From Eledone cirrhosa (lineage: Eukaryota), in contig OZ024764.1 of the NCBI GenBank assembly GCA_964016885.1, positions 28,210,001-28,274,000 on the forward strand: 64,000 nucleotides of DNA. The letters are read 5' to 3'. The notes beneath the pieces were generated by a model, which saw nothing but the letters and a program-made list of their open reading frames with translations, was not told the origin of the DNA and made no database searches. A program made the translations under genes and the position numbers. Below are positions 11,451 through 26,330 of the stretch, piece after piece (position 1 is the first letter of the stretch; each line of letters opens with the position of its first letter).

Positions 11451-14400
11451 GAGCGTATACATTTTTATGGGACAGCCTGTTGTCGCCTCTATTCAGCACT
11501 TCTAAATGCTGTTTTGTGCAGGTCATACAAGAGCGTATACATTTTTGTGGGACAGCTCATTGTCGCCTCCTTTCAGCACTTCTAAATGCTGCTTTGTGCA
11601 GGTCATCGAAGAGCGTATACATTTTTGTGGGACAGCCCGTTGTCGCCTCTATTCAGCACTTCTAAATGCTGCTTTTTGCAGGTCATAGAAGAGCGTATAC
11701 ATTTTTGTGGGACAGCTCATTGTCGCCTCCTTTCATCACTTCTAAATGCTGCTTTGTGCAGGTCATCGAAGAGCGTATACATTTTTGTGGGACAGCCCGT
11801 TGTCGCCTCTATTCAGCACTTCTAAATGCTGCTTTTTGCAGGTCATAGAAGAGCGTATACATTTTTGTGGGACAGCCCGTTGTCGCCTCCCTACAGCACT
11901 TCTAAGTGCTGCTTTGTGCAGGTCATAGAAGAGCGTATACATTTTTATGGGACAGCCCGTTGTCGCCACTATTCAGCACTTCTAAATGCTGTTTTGTGCA
12001 GGTCATCGAAGAGCGTATACATTTTTATGGGACAGCCCGTTGTTGCCACTATTCAGCACTTCTAAATGCTGTTTTGTGCAGGTCATCGAAGAGCGTATAC
12101 ATTTTTGTGGGACAGCCCGTTGTCGCCTCCCTACAGCACTTCTAAGTGCTGCTTTGTGCAGGTCATCGAAGAGCGTATACATTTTTGTGGGACAGCCCGT
12201 TGTCGCTTCCCTACAGCACTTCTAAGTGCTGCTTTGTGCAGCTCATAGAAGAGCATATACATTTTTGTGGGACAGCCCGTTGTCGCATCTATTCAGCACT
12301 TCTAAATGCTGCTTTGTGCAGGTCGTAGAAGAGCATATACATTTTTGTGGGACAGCCCATTGTCGCCTCTATTCAGCACTGCTAAATGCTGTTTTGCGCA
12401 GGTCATAGAAGAGCGTATACATTTTTGTGGGACAGCCCGTTGTCGCCACTATTCAGCACTTCTAAATGCTGTTTTGTGCAGGTCATCGAAGAGCGTATAC
12501 ATTTTTGTGGGACAGCCCTTTGACGCCTCTATTCATCACTTCTAAATGCTGTTTTGTGCAGGTCATCGAAGAGCGTATACATTTTTGTGGGACAGCCCGT
12601 TGTCGCCTCTATTCAGCACTTCTAAATGCTGTTTTATGCAGGTCATCGAAGAGCGTATACATTTTTGTGGGACAGCCCGTTGTCGCCTCCCTACACCACT
12701 TCTAAGTGGTTTTGTGCAGGTCATAGAAGAGCGTATACATTTTTGTGGGACAGCCCGTTGTCGCCACTATTCAGCACTTCTAAATGCTGTTTTGTGCAGG
12801 TCATCGAAGAGCGTATACATTTTTATGGGACAGCCCGTTGTCGCCTCTATTCAGTACTCCTAAATGCTGTTTTATGCAGGTCATACAAGAGCGTATACAT
12901 TTTTGTGGGACAGCTCGTTGTCGCCTCCTTTCAGCACTTCTAAATGCTGCTTTGTGCAGGTCATCGAAGAGCGTATACATTTTTGTGGGACAGCCCGTTG
13001 TCGCTTCCCTACAGCACTTCTAAGTGCTGCTTTGTGCAGCTCATAGAAGAGCATATACATTTTTGTGGGACAGCCCGTTGTCGCCTCTATTCAGCACTTC
13101 TAAATGCTGCTTTGTGCAGGTCGTAGAAGAGCATATACATTTTTGTGGGACAGCCCATTGTCGCCTCTATTCAGCACTGCTAAATGCTGTTTTGTGCAGG
13201 TCATAGAAGAGCGTATACATTTTTGTGGGACAGCCCGTTGTCGCCACTATTCAGCACTTCTAAATGCTGTTTTGTGCAGGTCATCGAAGAGCGTATACAT
13301 TTTTGTGGGACAGCCCGTTGTCGCCTCCCTACAGCACTTCTAAGTGCTGCTTTGTGCAGGTCATCGAAGAGCGTATACATTTTTGTGGGACAGCCCGTTG
13401 TCGCTTCCCTACAGCACTTCTAAGTGCTGCTTTGTGCAGCTCATAGAAGAGCATATACATTTTTGTGGGACAGCCCGTTGTCGCCTCTATTCAGCACTTC
13501 TAAATGCTGCTTTGTGCAGGTCGTAGAAGAGCATATACATTTTTGTGGGACAGCCCATTGTCGCCTCTATTCAGCACTGCTAAATGCTGTTTTGCGCAGG
13601 TCATAGAAGAGCGTATACATTTTTGTGGGACAGCCCGTTGTCGCCACTATTCAGCACTTCTAAATGCTGTTTTGTGCAGGTCATCGAAGAGCGTATACAT
13701 TTTTGTGGGACAGCCGGTTGTCGCCTCCCTACACCACTTCTAAGTGGTTTTGTGCAGGTCATAGAAGAGCGTATACATTTTTGTGGGACAGCCCGTTGTC
13801 GCCACTATTCAGCACTTCTAAATGCTGTTTTGTGCAGGTCATCGAAGAGCGTATACATTTTTATGGGACAGCCCGTTGTCGCCTCTATTCAGTACTCCTA
13901 AATGCTGTTTTATGCAGGTCATACAAGAGCGTATACATTTTTGTGGGACAGCTCGTTGTCGCCTCCTTTCAGCACTTCTAAATGATGCTTTGTGCAGCTC
14001 ATAGAAGAGCATATACATTTTTGTGGGACAGCCCGTTGTCGCCTCTATTCAGCACTTCTAAATGCTGCTTTGTGCAGGTCGTAGAAGAGCATATACATTT
14101 TTGTGGGACAGCCCATTGTCGCCTCTATTCAGCACTGCTAAATGCTGTTTTGTGCAGGTCATAGAAGAGCGTATACATTTTTGTGGGACAGCTCATTGTC
14201 GCCTCCTTTCAGCACTTCTAAATGCTGCTTTGTGCAGGTCATCGAAGAGCGTATACATTTTTGTGGGACAGCCCGTTGCCTCTATTCAGCACTTCTAAAT
14301 GCTGCTTTTTGCAGGTCATAGAAGAGCGTATATATTTTTGTGGGACAGCCCGTTGTCGCCTCTATTCATCACTTCAACATGCTGTTTTGTGCAGGTCATC

Positions 14401-17400
14401 GAAGAGTGTATACATTTTTGTGGGACAGCCCGTTGTCGCCTCCCTACAGCACTTCTAAGTGCTGCTTTGTGCAGGTCATAGAAGAGCGTATACATTTTTG
14501 TGGGACAGCCCGTTGTCGCCTCTATTCAGCACTCCTAAATGCTGTTTTATGCAGGTCATACAAGAGCGTATACATTTTTATGGGACAGCCCGTTGTCGCC
14601 TTTATTCAGCACTTGCAAATGCTGTTTTGTGCATGTCATCGAAGAGCGTATACATTTTTGTGGGACAGCCCGTTGTCGCCTCTATTCAGCACTTCTAAAT
14701 GCTGCTTTTTGCAGGTCATAGAAGAGCGTATACATTTTTGTGGGACAGCCAGTTGTCGCCTCCTTACAGCACTTCTAAATGCTGTTTTGTGCAGGTCATC
14801 GAAGAGCGTATACATTTTTGTGGGACAGTCCGTTGTCGCCTCTATTCAGCACTTCTACATGCTGTTTTGGGCAGGTCATCGAAGAGTGTATACATTTTTG
14901 TGGGACAGCCCGTTGTCGCCTCTATTCAGCACTTCTAAATGCTGTTTTGTGCAGGTCATCGAAGAGCGTATACATTTTTATGGGACAGCTCATTGTCGCC
15001 TCCTTTCAGCACTTCTAAATGCTGCTTTGTGCAGGTCATCGAAGAGCGTATACATTTTTGTGGGACAGCCCGTTGTCGCCTCTATTCAGCACTTCTAAAT
15101 GCTGCTTTTTGCAGGTCATAGAAGAGCGTATACATTTTTGTGGGACAGCTCATTGTCGCCTCCTTTCAGTACTTCTAAATGCTGCTTTGTGCAGGTCATC
15201 GAAGAGCGTATACATTTTTGTGGGACAGCCCGTTGTCGCCTCTATTCAGCACTTCTAAATGCTGTTTTGTGCAGGTCATCGAAGAGCGTATACATTTTTG
15301 TGGGACAGCCCGTTGTCGCCTCCCTACAACACTTCTAAGTGCTGCTTTGTGCAGGTCATAGAAGAGCGTATACATTTTTATGGAACAGCCCGTTGTCGCC
15401 ACTATTCATCACTTCTAAATGCTGTTTTGTGCAGGTCATCGAAGAGCGTATACATTTTTATGGGACAGCCCGTTGTTGCCACTATTCAGCACTTCTAAAT
15501 GCTGTTTTGTGCAGGTCATCGAAGAGCGTATACATTTTTGTGGGACAGCCCGTTGTCGCCTCCCTACAGCACTTCTAAGTGCTGCTTTGTGCAGCTCATA
15601 GAAGAGCGTATACATTTTTGTGGGACAGCCCGTTGTTGCCTCTATTCAGCACTTCTAAATGCTGCTTTGTGCAGGTCGTAGAAGAGCATATACATTTTTG
15701 TGGGACAGCCCATTGTCGCCTCTATTCAGCACTGCTAAATGCTGTTTTGTGCAGGTCATAGAAGAGCGTATACATTTTTGTGGGACAGCCCGTTGTCGCC
15801 ACTATTCAGCACTTCTAAATGCTGTTTTGTGCAGGTCATCGAAGAGCGTATACATTTTTATGGGACAGCCCGTTGTCGCCACTATTCAGCACTTCTAAAT
15901 GCTGTTTTATGCAGGTCATACAAGAGCGTATACATTTTTGTGGGACAGCTCGTTGTCGCCTCCTTTCAGCACTTCTAAATGCTGCTTTGTGCAGGTCATC
16001 GAAGAGTGTATACATTTTTGTGGGACAGCCCGTTGTCGCCTCTATTCAGCACTCCTAAATGCTGTTTTATGCAGGTCATACAAGAGCGTATACATTTTTA
16101 TGGGACAGCCCGTTGTCGCCTTTATTCAGCACTTGCAAATGCTGTTTTGTGCATGTCATCAAAGAGCGTATACATTTTTATGGGACAGCCCGTTGTCGGC
16201 TCTATTCAGTACTCCTAAATTCTGTTTTATGCAGGTCATACAAGAGCGTATACATTTTTGTGGGACAGCTCGTTGTCGCCTCCTTTCATCACTTCTAAAT
16301 GCTGCTTGTGCAGGTCATCGAAGAGCGTATACATTTTTATGGGACAGCCTGTTGTCGCCTCTATTCAGCACTTCTAAATGCTGTTTTATGCAGGTCACAA
16401 GAGCGTATACATTTTTGTGGGACAGCTCATTGTCGCCTCCTTTCAGCACTTCTAAATGCTGCTTTGTGCAGGTCATCGAAGAGCGTATACATTTTTGTGG
16501 GACAGCCCGTTGTCGCCTCTATTCAGCACTTCTACATGCTGTTTTGGGCAGGTCATCGAAGAGTGTATACATTTTTGTGGGACAGCCCGTTGTCGCCTCT
16601 ATTCAGCACTTCTAAATGCTGCTTTGTGCAGGTCATCGAAGAGCGTATACATTTTTGTGGGACAGCCCGTTGTCGCCTCTATTCAGCACTCCTAAATGCT
16701 GTTTTATGCAGGTCATACAAGAGCGTATACATTTTTATGGGACAGCCCGTTGTTGCCTTTATTCAGCACTTGCAAATGCTGTTTTGTGCATGTCATCGAA
16801 GAGCGTATACATTTTTGTGGGACAGTCCGTTGTCGCCTCTATTCAGCACTTCTACATGCTGTTTTGGGCAGGTCATCGAAGAGTGTATACATTTTTGTGG
16901 GACAGCCCGTTGTCGCCTCTATTCACCACTTCTAAATGCTGCTTTTTGCAGGTCATAGAAGAGCGTATACATTTTTGTGGGACAGCCCGTTGTCGCCTCC
17001 CTACAGCACTTCTAAGTGCTGCTTTGTGCAGGTCATAGAAGAGCGTATACATTTTTATGGGACAGCCCGTTGTCGCCACTATTCAGCACTTCTAAATGCT
17101 GTTTTGTGCAGGTCATCGAAGAGCGTATACATTTTTATGGGACAGCCCGTTGTTGCCACTATTCAGCACTTCTAAATGCTGTTTTGTGCAGGTCATCGAA
17201 GAGCGTATACATTTTTGTGGGACAGCCCGTTGTCGCCTCCCTACAGCACTTCTAAGTGCTGCTTTGTGCAGGTCATCGAAGAGCGTATACATTTTTGTGG
17301 GACAGCCCGTTGTCGCTTCCCTACAGCACTTCTAAGTGCTGCTTTGTGCAGCTCATAGAAGAGCGTATACATTTTTGTGGGACAGCCCGTTGTCGCCTCT

Positions 17401-20400
17401 ATTCAGCACTTCTAAATGCTGCTTTGTGCAGGTCGTAGAAGAGCATATACATTTTTGTGGGACAGCCCGTTGTCGCCTCTATTCAGCACTCCTAAATGCT
17501 GTTTTATGCAGGTCATACAAGAGCGTATACATTTTTATGGGACAGCCCGTTGTCGCCTTTATTCAGCACTTGCAAATGCTGTTTTGTGCATGTCATCGAA
17601 GAGCGTATACATTTTTATGGGACAGCCCGTTGTCGGCTCTATTCAGTACTCCTAAATGCTGTTTTATGCAGGTCATACAAGAGCGTATACATTTTTGTGG
17701 GGCAGCTCGTTGTCGCCTCCTTTCAGCACTTCTAAATGCTGCTTGTGCAGGTCATCGAAGAGCGTATACATTTTTATGGGACAGCCCGTTGTCGCCTCTA
17801 TTCAGTACTCCTAAATGCTGTTTTATGCAGGTCATACAAGAGCGTATACATTTTTGTGGGACAGCTCGTTGTCGCCTCCTTTCAGCACTTCTAAATGCTG
17901 CTTGTGCAGGTCATCGAAGAGCGTATACATTTTTATGGGACAGCCCGTTGTCGCCTCTATTCAGTACTCCTAAATGCTGTTTTATGCAGGTCATACAAGA
18001 GCGTATACATTTTTGTGGGACAGCCCGTTGTCGCCTCCCTACAGCACTTCTAAGTGCTGCTTTGTGCAGGTCATAGAAGAGCGTATACATTTTTGTGGGA
18101 CAGCCCGTTGTCGCCTCTATTCATCACTTCTAAATGCTGCTTTTTGCAGGTCATAGAAGAGCGTATACATTTTTGTGGGACAGCCAGTTGTCGCCTCCTT
18201 ACAGCACTTCTAAATGCTGTTTTGTGCAGGTCATCGAAGAGCGTATACATTTTTGTGGGACAGCCCTTTGCCGCCTCTATTCAACACTTATAAATGCTGT
18301 TTGGGCAGGTCATAGAAGAGCGTATACATTTTTGTGGGACAGCCCGTTGTTGCCTCCCTACAGCACTTCTAAGTGCTGCTTTGTGCAGGTCATAGAAGAG
18401 CGTATACATTTTTGTGGGACAGCCCGTTGTCGCCTCCTTACAGCACTTCTAAATGCTGTTTTGTGCAGGTCATCGAAGAGCGTATACATTTTTGTGGGAC
18501 AGCCCTTTGACGCCTCTATTCATCACTTCTAAATGCTGTTTTATGCAGGTCATCGAAGAGCGTATACATTTTTGTGGGACAGCCCGTTGTCGCCTTTATT
18601 CAACACTTGCAAATGCTGTTTTGTGCATGTCATCGAAGAGCGTATACATTTTTGTGGGACAGCCCGTTGTCGCCTCCCTACACCACTTCTAAGTGGTTTT
18701 GTGCAGGTCATAGAAGAGCGTATACATTTTTGTGGGACAGCCCGTTGTCGCCACTATTCAGCACTTCTAAATGCTGTTTTGTGCAGGTCATCGAAGAGCG
18801 TATACATTTTTATGGGACAGCCCGTTGTCGCCTCTATTCAGTACTCCTAAATGCTGTTTTATGCAGGTCATACAAGAGCGTATACATTTTTGTGGGACAG
18901 CTCGTTGTCGCCTCCTTTCAGCACTTCTAAATGCTGCTTGTGCAGGTCATCGAAGAGCGTATACATTTTTATGGGACAGCCCGTTGTCGCCTCTATTCAG
19001 TACTCCTAAATGCTGCTTTGTGCAGGTCATAGAAGAGCGTATACATTTTTGTGGGACAGCCCGTTGTCGCCTCTATTCAGCACTTCTACATGCTGTTTTG
19101 GGCAGGTCATCGAAGAGTGTATACATTTTTGTGGGACAGCCCGTTGTCGCCTCTATTCAGCACTTCTAAATGCTGCTTTGTGCAGGTCATCGAAGAGCGT
19201 ATACATTTTTGTGGGACAGCCCGTTGTCGCCTCTATTCAGCACTTCTAAATGCTGCTTTTTGCAGGTCATAGAAGAGCGTATACATTTTTGTGGGACAGC
19301 CCGTTGTCGCCTCTATTCAGCACTTCTAAATGCTGCTTTTTGCAGGTCATAGAAGAGCGTATACATTTTTGTGGGACAGCCAGTTGTCGCCTCCTTACAT
19401 CACTTCTAAATGCTGTTTTGGGCAGGTCATAGAAGAGCGTATACATGTTTGTGGGACAGCCCGTTGTCGCCTCTATTCAGCACTTCTACATGCTGTTTTG
19501 GGCAGGTCATCGAAGAGTGTATACATTTTTGTGGGACAGCCCGTTGTCGCCTCTATTCAGCACTTCTAAATGCTGCTTTGTGCAGGTCATCGAAGAGCGT
19601 ATACATTTTTGTGGGACAGCCCGTTGTCGCCTCCCTACAGCACTTCTAAGTGCTGCTTTGTGCAGCTCATAGAAGAGCGTATACATTTTTGTGGGACAGC
19701 CCGTTGTCGCCTCTATTCAGCACTCCTAAATGCTGTTTTATGCAGGTCATACAAGAGCGTATACATTTTTATGGGACAGCCCGTTGTCGCCTTTATTCAG
19801 CACTTGCAAATGCTGTTTTGTGCAGGTCATCGAAGAGCGTATACATTTTTGTGGGACACCCCGTTGTCGCCTCTATTCAGCACTTCTAAATGCTGCTTTT
19901 TGCAGGTCATAGAAGAGCGTATACATTTTTGTGGGACAGCCAGTTGTCGCCTCCTTACAGCACTTCTAAATGCTGTTTTGTGCAGGTCATCGAAGAGCGT
20001 ATACATTTTTGTGGGACAGTCCGTTGTCGCCTCTATTCAGCACTTCTACATGCTGTTTTGGGCAGGTCATCGAAGAGTGTATACATTTTTGTGGGACAGC
20101 CCGTTGTCGCCTCTATTCAGCACTTCTAAATGCTGTTTTGTGCAGGTCATCGAAGAGCGTATACATTTTTATGGGACAGCCTGTTGTCGCCTCTATTCAG
20201 CACTTCTAAATGCTGTTTTGTGCAGGTCATACAAGAGCGTATACATTTTTGTGGGACAGCTCATTGTCGCCTCCTTTCAGCACTTCTAAATGCTGCTTTG
20301 TGCAGGTCATCGAAGAGCGTATACATTTTTGTGGGACAGCCCGTTGTCGCCTCTATTCAGCACTTCTAAATGCTGCTTTTTGCAGGTCATAGAAGAGCGT

Positions 20401-22020
20401 ATACATTTTTGTGGGACAGCTCATTGTCGCCTCCTTTCATCACTTCTAAATGCTGCTTTGTGCAGGTCATCGAAGAGCGTATACATTTTTGTGGGACAGC
20501 CCGTTGTCGCCTCTATTCAGCACTTCTAAATGCTGCTTTTTGCAGGTCATAGAAGAGCGTATACATTTTTGTGGGACAGCCCGTTGTCGCCTCCCTACAG
20601 CACTTCTAAGTGCTGCTTTGTGCAGGTCATAGAAGAGCGTATACATTTTTATGGGACAGCCCGTTGTCGCCACTATTCAGCACTTCTAAATGCTGTTTTG
20701 TGCAGGTCATCGAAGAGCGTATACATTTTTATGGGACAGCCCGTTGTTGCCACTATTCAGCACTTCTAAATGCTGTTTTGTGCAGGTCATCGAAGAGCGT
20801 ATACATTTTTGTGGGACAGCCCGTTGTCGCCTCCCTACAGCACTTCTAAGTGCTGCTTTGTGCAGGTCATCGAAGAGCGTATACATTTTTGTGGGACAGC
20901 CCGTTGTCGCTTCCCTACAGCACTTCTAAGTGCTGCTTTGTGCAGCTCATAGAAGAGCATATACATTTTTGTGGGACAGCCCGTTGTCGCATCTATTCAG
21001 CACTTCTAAATGCTGCTTTGTGCAGGTCGTAGAAGAGCATATACATTTTTGTGGGACAGCCCATTGTCGCCTCTATTCAGCACTGCTAAATGCTGTTTTG
21101 CGCAGGTCATAGAAGAGCGTATACATTTTTGTGGGACAGCCCGTTGTCGCCACTATTCAGCACTTCTAAATGCTGTTTTGTGCAGGTCATCGAAGAGCGT
21201 ATACATTTTTGTGGGACAGCCCTTTGACGCCTCTATTCATCACTTCTAAATGCTGTTTTGTGCAGGTCATCGAAGAGCGTATACATTTTTGTGGGACAGC
21301 CCGTTGTCGCCTCTATTCAGCACTTCTAAATGCTGTTTTATGCAGGTCATCGAAGAGCGTATACATTTTTGTGGGACAGCCCGTTGTCGCCTCCCTACAC
21401 CACTTCTAAGTGGTTTTGTGCAGGTCATAGAAGAGCGTATACATTTTTGTGGGACAGCCCGTTGTCGCCACTATTCAGCACTTCTAAATGCTGTTTTGTG
21501 CAGGTCATCGAAGAGCGTATACATTTTTATGGGACAGCCCGTTGTCGCCTCTATTCAGTACTCCTAAATGCTGTTTTATGCAGGTCATACAAGAGCGTAT
21601 ACATTTTTGTGGGACAGCTCGTTGTCGCCTCCTTTCAGCACTTCTAAATGCTGCTTTGTGCAGGTCATCGAAGAGCGTATACATTTTTGTGGGACAGCCC
21701 GTTGTCGCTTCCCTACAGCACTTCTAAGTGCTGCTTTGTGCAGCTCATAGAAGAGCATATACATTTTTGTGGGACAGCCCGTTGTCGCCTCTATTCAGCA
21801 CTTCTAAATGCTGCTTTGTGCAGGTCGTAGAAGAGCATATACATTTTTGTGGGACAGCCCATTGTCGCCTCTATTCAGCACTGCTAAATGCTGTTTTGTG
21901 CAGGTCATAGAAGAGCGTATACATTTTTGTGGGACAGCCCGTTGTCGCCACTATTCAGCACTTCTAAATGCTGTTTTGTGCAGGTCATCGAAGAGCGTAT
22001 ACATTTTTGTGGGACAGCCC
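4540..22020. repeat. Tandem duplication of an 8704-bp block (109 monomers): ~4540-13243 and ~13244-21947
   Basis: Private markers recur at a constant 8704 offset: cagccggtt (~5010/13714), aatgat (5278/13982), 3-bp deletion gttgcctc (~5571/14275), aaattctg (~7513/16217), gtcacaag (~7690/16394), gacacccc (~11151/19855), tcgcatct (~12283/20987). 109x80 minus 16 bp of counted deletions = 8704. Confidence 0.93.
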
Positions 22021-25000
22021 TTTGACGCCTCTATTCATCACTTCTAAATGCTGTTTTGTGCAGGTCATCGAAGAGCGTATACATTTTTGTGGGACAGCCC
22101 GTTGTCGCCTCTATTCAGCACTTCTAAATGCTGTTTTATGCAGGTCATCGAAGAGCGTATACATTTTTGTGGGACAGCCCGTTGTCGCCTCCCTACACCA
22201 CTTCTAAGTGGTTTTGTGCAGGTCATAGAAGAGCGTATACATTTTTGTGGGACAGCCCGTTGTCGCCACTATTCAGCACTTCTAAATGCTGTTTTGTGCA
22301 GGTCATCGAAGAGCGTATACATTTTTATGGGACAGCCCGTTGTCGCCTCTATTCAGTACTCCTAAATGCTGTTTTATGCAGGTCATACAAGAGCGTATAC
22401 ATTTTTGTGGGACAGCTCGTTGTCGCCTCCTTTCAGCACTTCTAAATGCTGCTTGTGCAGGTCATCGAAGAGCGTATACATTTTTATGGGACAGCCTGTT
22501 GTCGCCTCTATTCAGTACTCCTAAATGCTGCTTTGTGCAGGTCATAGAAGAGCGTATACATTTTTGTGGGACAGCCCGTTGTCACCTCTATTCAACACTT
22601 CTAAATGCTGCTTTTTGCAGGTCATAGAAGAGCGTATACATTTTTGTGGGACAGCCAGTTGTCGCCTCCTTACAGCACTTCTAAGTGCTGTTTTGTGCAG
22701 GTCATAGAAGAGCGTATACATTTTTGTGGGACAGCCCGTTGTCGCCTCTATTCAGCACTTCTACATGCTGTTTTGGGCAGGTCATCGAAGAGTGTATACA
22801 TTTTTGTGGGACAGCCCGTTGTCGCCTCTATTCACCACTTCTAAATGCTGCTTTGTGCAGGTCATCGAAGAGCGTATACATTTTTGTGGGACAGCCCGTT
22901 GTCGCCTCCCTACAGCACTTCTAAGTGCTGCTTTGTGCAGGTCATAGAAGAGCGTATACATTTTTGTGGGACAGCCCGTTGTCGCCTCTATTCAGCACTC
23001 CTAAATGCTGTTTTATGCAGGTCATACAAGAGCGTATACATTTTTATGGGACAGCCCGTTGTCGCCTCTATTCAGTACTTCTAAATGCTGCTTTGTGCAG
23101 GTCATAGAAGAGCATATACATTTTTGTGGGACAGCCCGTTGTCGCCTCTATTCAGCACTTCTACATGCTGTTTTGGGCAGGTCATCGAAGAGTGTATACA
23201 TTTTTGTGGGACAGCCCGTTGTCGCCTCTATTCAGCACTTCTAAATGCTGCTTTGTGCAGGTCATCGAAGAGCGTATACATTTTTGTGGGACAGCCCGTT
23301 GTCGCCTCTATTCAGCACTTCTAAATGCTGCTTTTTGCAGGTCATAGAAGAGCGTATACATTTTTGTGGGACAGCCCGTTGTCGCCCCTATTCAGCACTT
23401 CTAAATGCTGCTTTTTGCAGGTCATAGAAGAGCGTATACATTTTTGTGGGACAGCCAGTTGTCGCCTCCTTACATCACTTCTAAATGCTGTTTTGGGCAG
23501 GTCATAGAAGAGCGTATACATGTTTGTGGGACAGCCCGTTGTCGCCTCTATTCAGCACTTCTACATGCTGTTTTGGGCAGGTCATCGAAGAGTGTATACA
23601 TTTTTGTGGGACAGCCCGTTGTCGCCTCTATTCAGCACTTCTAAATGCTGCTTTGTGCAGGTCATCGAAGAGCGTATACATTTTTGTGGGACAGCCCGTT
23701 GTCGCCTCCCTACAGCACTTCTAAGTGCTGCTTTGTGCAGCTCATAGAAGAGCGTATACATTTTTGTGGGACAGCCCGTTGTCGCCTCTATTCAGCACTC
23801 CTAAATGCTGTTTTATGCAGGTCATACAAGAGCGTATACATTTTTATGGGACAGCCCGTTGTCGCCTTTATTCAGCACTTGCAAATGCTGTTTTGTGCAG
23901 GTCATCGAAGAGCGTATACATTTTTGTGGGACAGCCCGTTGTCGCCTCTATTCAGCACTTCTAAATGCTGCTTTTTGCAGGTCATAGAAGAGCGTATACA
24001 TTTTTGTGGGACAGCCAGTTGTCGCCTCCTTACAGCACTTCTAAATGCTGTTTTGTGCAGGTCATCGAAGAGCGTATACATTTTTGTGGGACAGTCCGTT
24101 GTCGCCTCTATTCAGCACTTCTACATGCTGTTTTGGGCAGGTCATCGAAGAGTGTATACATTTTTGTGGGACAGCCCGTTGTCGCCTCTATTCAGCACTT
24201 CTAAATGCTGTTTTGTGCAGGTCATCGAAGAGCGTATACATTTTTATGGGACAGCCTGTTGTCGCCTCTATTCAGCACTTCTAAATGCTGTTTTGTGCAG
24301 GTCATACAAGAGCGTATACATTTTTGTGGGACAGCTCATTGTCGCCTCCTTTCAGCACTTCTAAATGCTGCTTTGTGCAGGTCATCGAAGAGCGTATACA
24401 TTTTTGTGGGACAGCCCGTTGTCGCCTCTATTCAGCACTTCTAAATGCTGCTTTTTGCAGGTCATAGAAGAGCGTATACATTTTTGTGGGACAGCTCATT
24501 GTCGCCTCCTTTCATCACTTCTAAATGCTGCTTTGTGCAGGTCATCGAAGAGCGTATACATTTTTGTGGGACAGCCCGTTGTCGCCTCTATTCAGCACTT
24601 CTAAATGCTGCTTTTTGCAGGTCATAGAAGAGCGTATACATTTTTGTGGGACAGCCCGTTGTCGCCTACCTACAGCACTTCTAAGTGCTGCTTTGTGCAG
24701 GTCATAGAAGAGCGTATACATTTTTATGGGACAGCCCGTTGTCGCCACTATTCAGCACTTCTAAATGCTGTTTTGTGCAGGTCATCGAAGAGCGTATACA
24801 TTTTTATGGGACAGCCCGTTGTTGCCACTATTCAGCACTTCTAAATGCTGTTTTGTGCAGGTCATCGAAGAGCGTATACATTTTTGTGGGACAGCCCGTT
24901 GTCGCCTCCCTACAGCACTTCTAAGTGCTGCTTTGTGCAGGTCATCGAAGAGCGTATACATTTTTGTGGGACAGCCCGTTGTCGCTTCCCTACAGCACTT

Positions 25001-26330
25001 CTAAGTGCTGCTTTGTGCAGCTCATAGAAGAGCATATACATTTTTGTGGGACAGCCCGTTGTCGCCTCTATTCAGCACTTCTAAATGCTGCTTTGTGCAG
25101 GTCGTAGAAGAGCATATACATTTTTGTGGGACAGCCCATTGTCGCCTCTATTCAGCACTGCTAAATGCTGTTTTGCGCAGGTCATAGAAGAGCGTATACA
25201 TTTTTGTGGGACAGCCCGTTGTCGCCACTATTCAGCACTTCTAAATGCTGTTTTGTGCAGGTCATCGAAGAGCGTATACATTTTTGTGGGACAGCCCTTT
25301 GACGCCTCTATTCATCACTTCTAAATGCTGTTTTGTGCAGGTCATCGAAGAGCGTATACATTTTTGTAGGACAGCCCGTTGTCGCCTCTATTCAGCACTT
25401 CTAAATGCTGTTTTATGCAGGTCATCGAAGAGCGTATACATTTTTGTGGGACAGCCCGTTGTCGCCTCCCTACACCACTTCTAAGTGGTTTTGTGCAGGT
25501 CATAGAAGAGCGTATACATTTTTGTGGGACAGCCCGTTGTCGCCACTATTCAGCACTTCTAAATGCTGTTTTGTGCAGGTCATCGAAGAGCGTATACATT
25601 TTTATGGGACAGCCCGTTGTCGCCTCTATTCAGTACTCCTAAATGCTGTTTTATGCAGGTCATACAAGAGCGTATACATTTTTGTGGGACAGCTCGTTGT
25701 CGCCTCCTTTCAGCACTTCTAAATGCTGCTTTGTGCAGGTCATCGAAGAGCGTATACATTTTTGTGGGACAGCCCGTTGTCGCTTCCCTACAGCACTTCT
25801 AAGTGCTGCTTTGTGCAGCTCATAGAAGAGCATATACATTTTTGTGGGACAGCCCGTTGTCGCCTCTATTCAGCACTTCTAAATGCTGCTTTGTGCAGGT
25901 CGTAGAAGAGCATATACATTTTTGTGGGACAGCCCATTGTCGCCTCTATTCAGCACTGCTAAATGCTGTTTTGTGCAGGTCATAGAAGAGCGTATACATT
26001 TTTGTGGGACAGCCCGTTGTCGCCACTATTCAGCACTTCTAAATGCTGTTTTGTGCAGGTCATCGAAGAGCGTATACATTTTTGTGGGACAGCCCTTTGA
26101 CGCCTCTATTCATCACTTCTAAATGCTGTTTTGTGCAGGTCATCGAAGAGCGTATACATTTTTGTGGGACAGCCCGTTGTCGCCTCTATTCAGCACTTCT
26201 AAATGCTGTTTTATGCAGGTCATCGAAGAGCGTATACATTTTTGTGGGACAGCCCGTTGTCGCCTCCCTACACCACTTCTAAGTGGTTTTGTGCAGGTCA
26301 TAGAAGAGCGTATACATTTTTGTGGGACAG
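19030..26330. repeat. Block duplication with 4075-bp offset (51 monomers): ~19030-22255 vs ~23105-26330
   Basis: ORF pairs 19445/23520, 20930/25005 and 22048/26123 all differ by 4075. Both copies carry the catgtttg marker and have the same monomer order. Confidence 0.82.
20850..22445. repeat. 798-bp 10-monomer higher-order repeat, two tandem copies (also at ~24925-26330 and ~30919-32514)
   Basis: ORF pairs 21250/22048, 25245/26043 and 31319/32117 differ by 798 = 10x80 - 2. Each unit contains one caccacttctaagtggtt deletion monomer. Confidence 0.85.
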
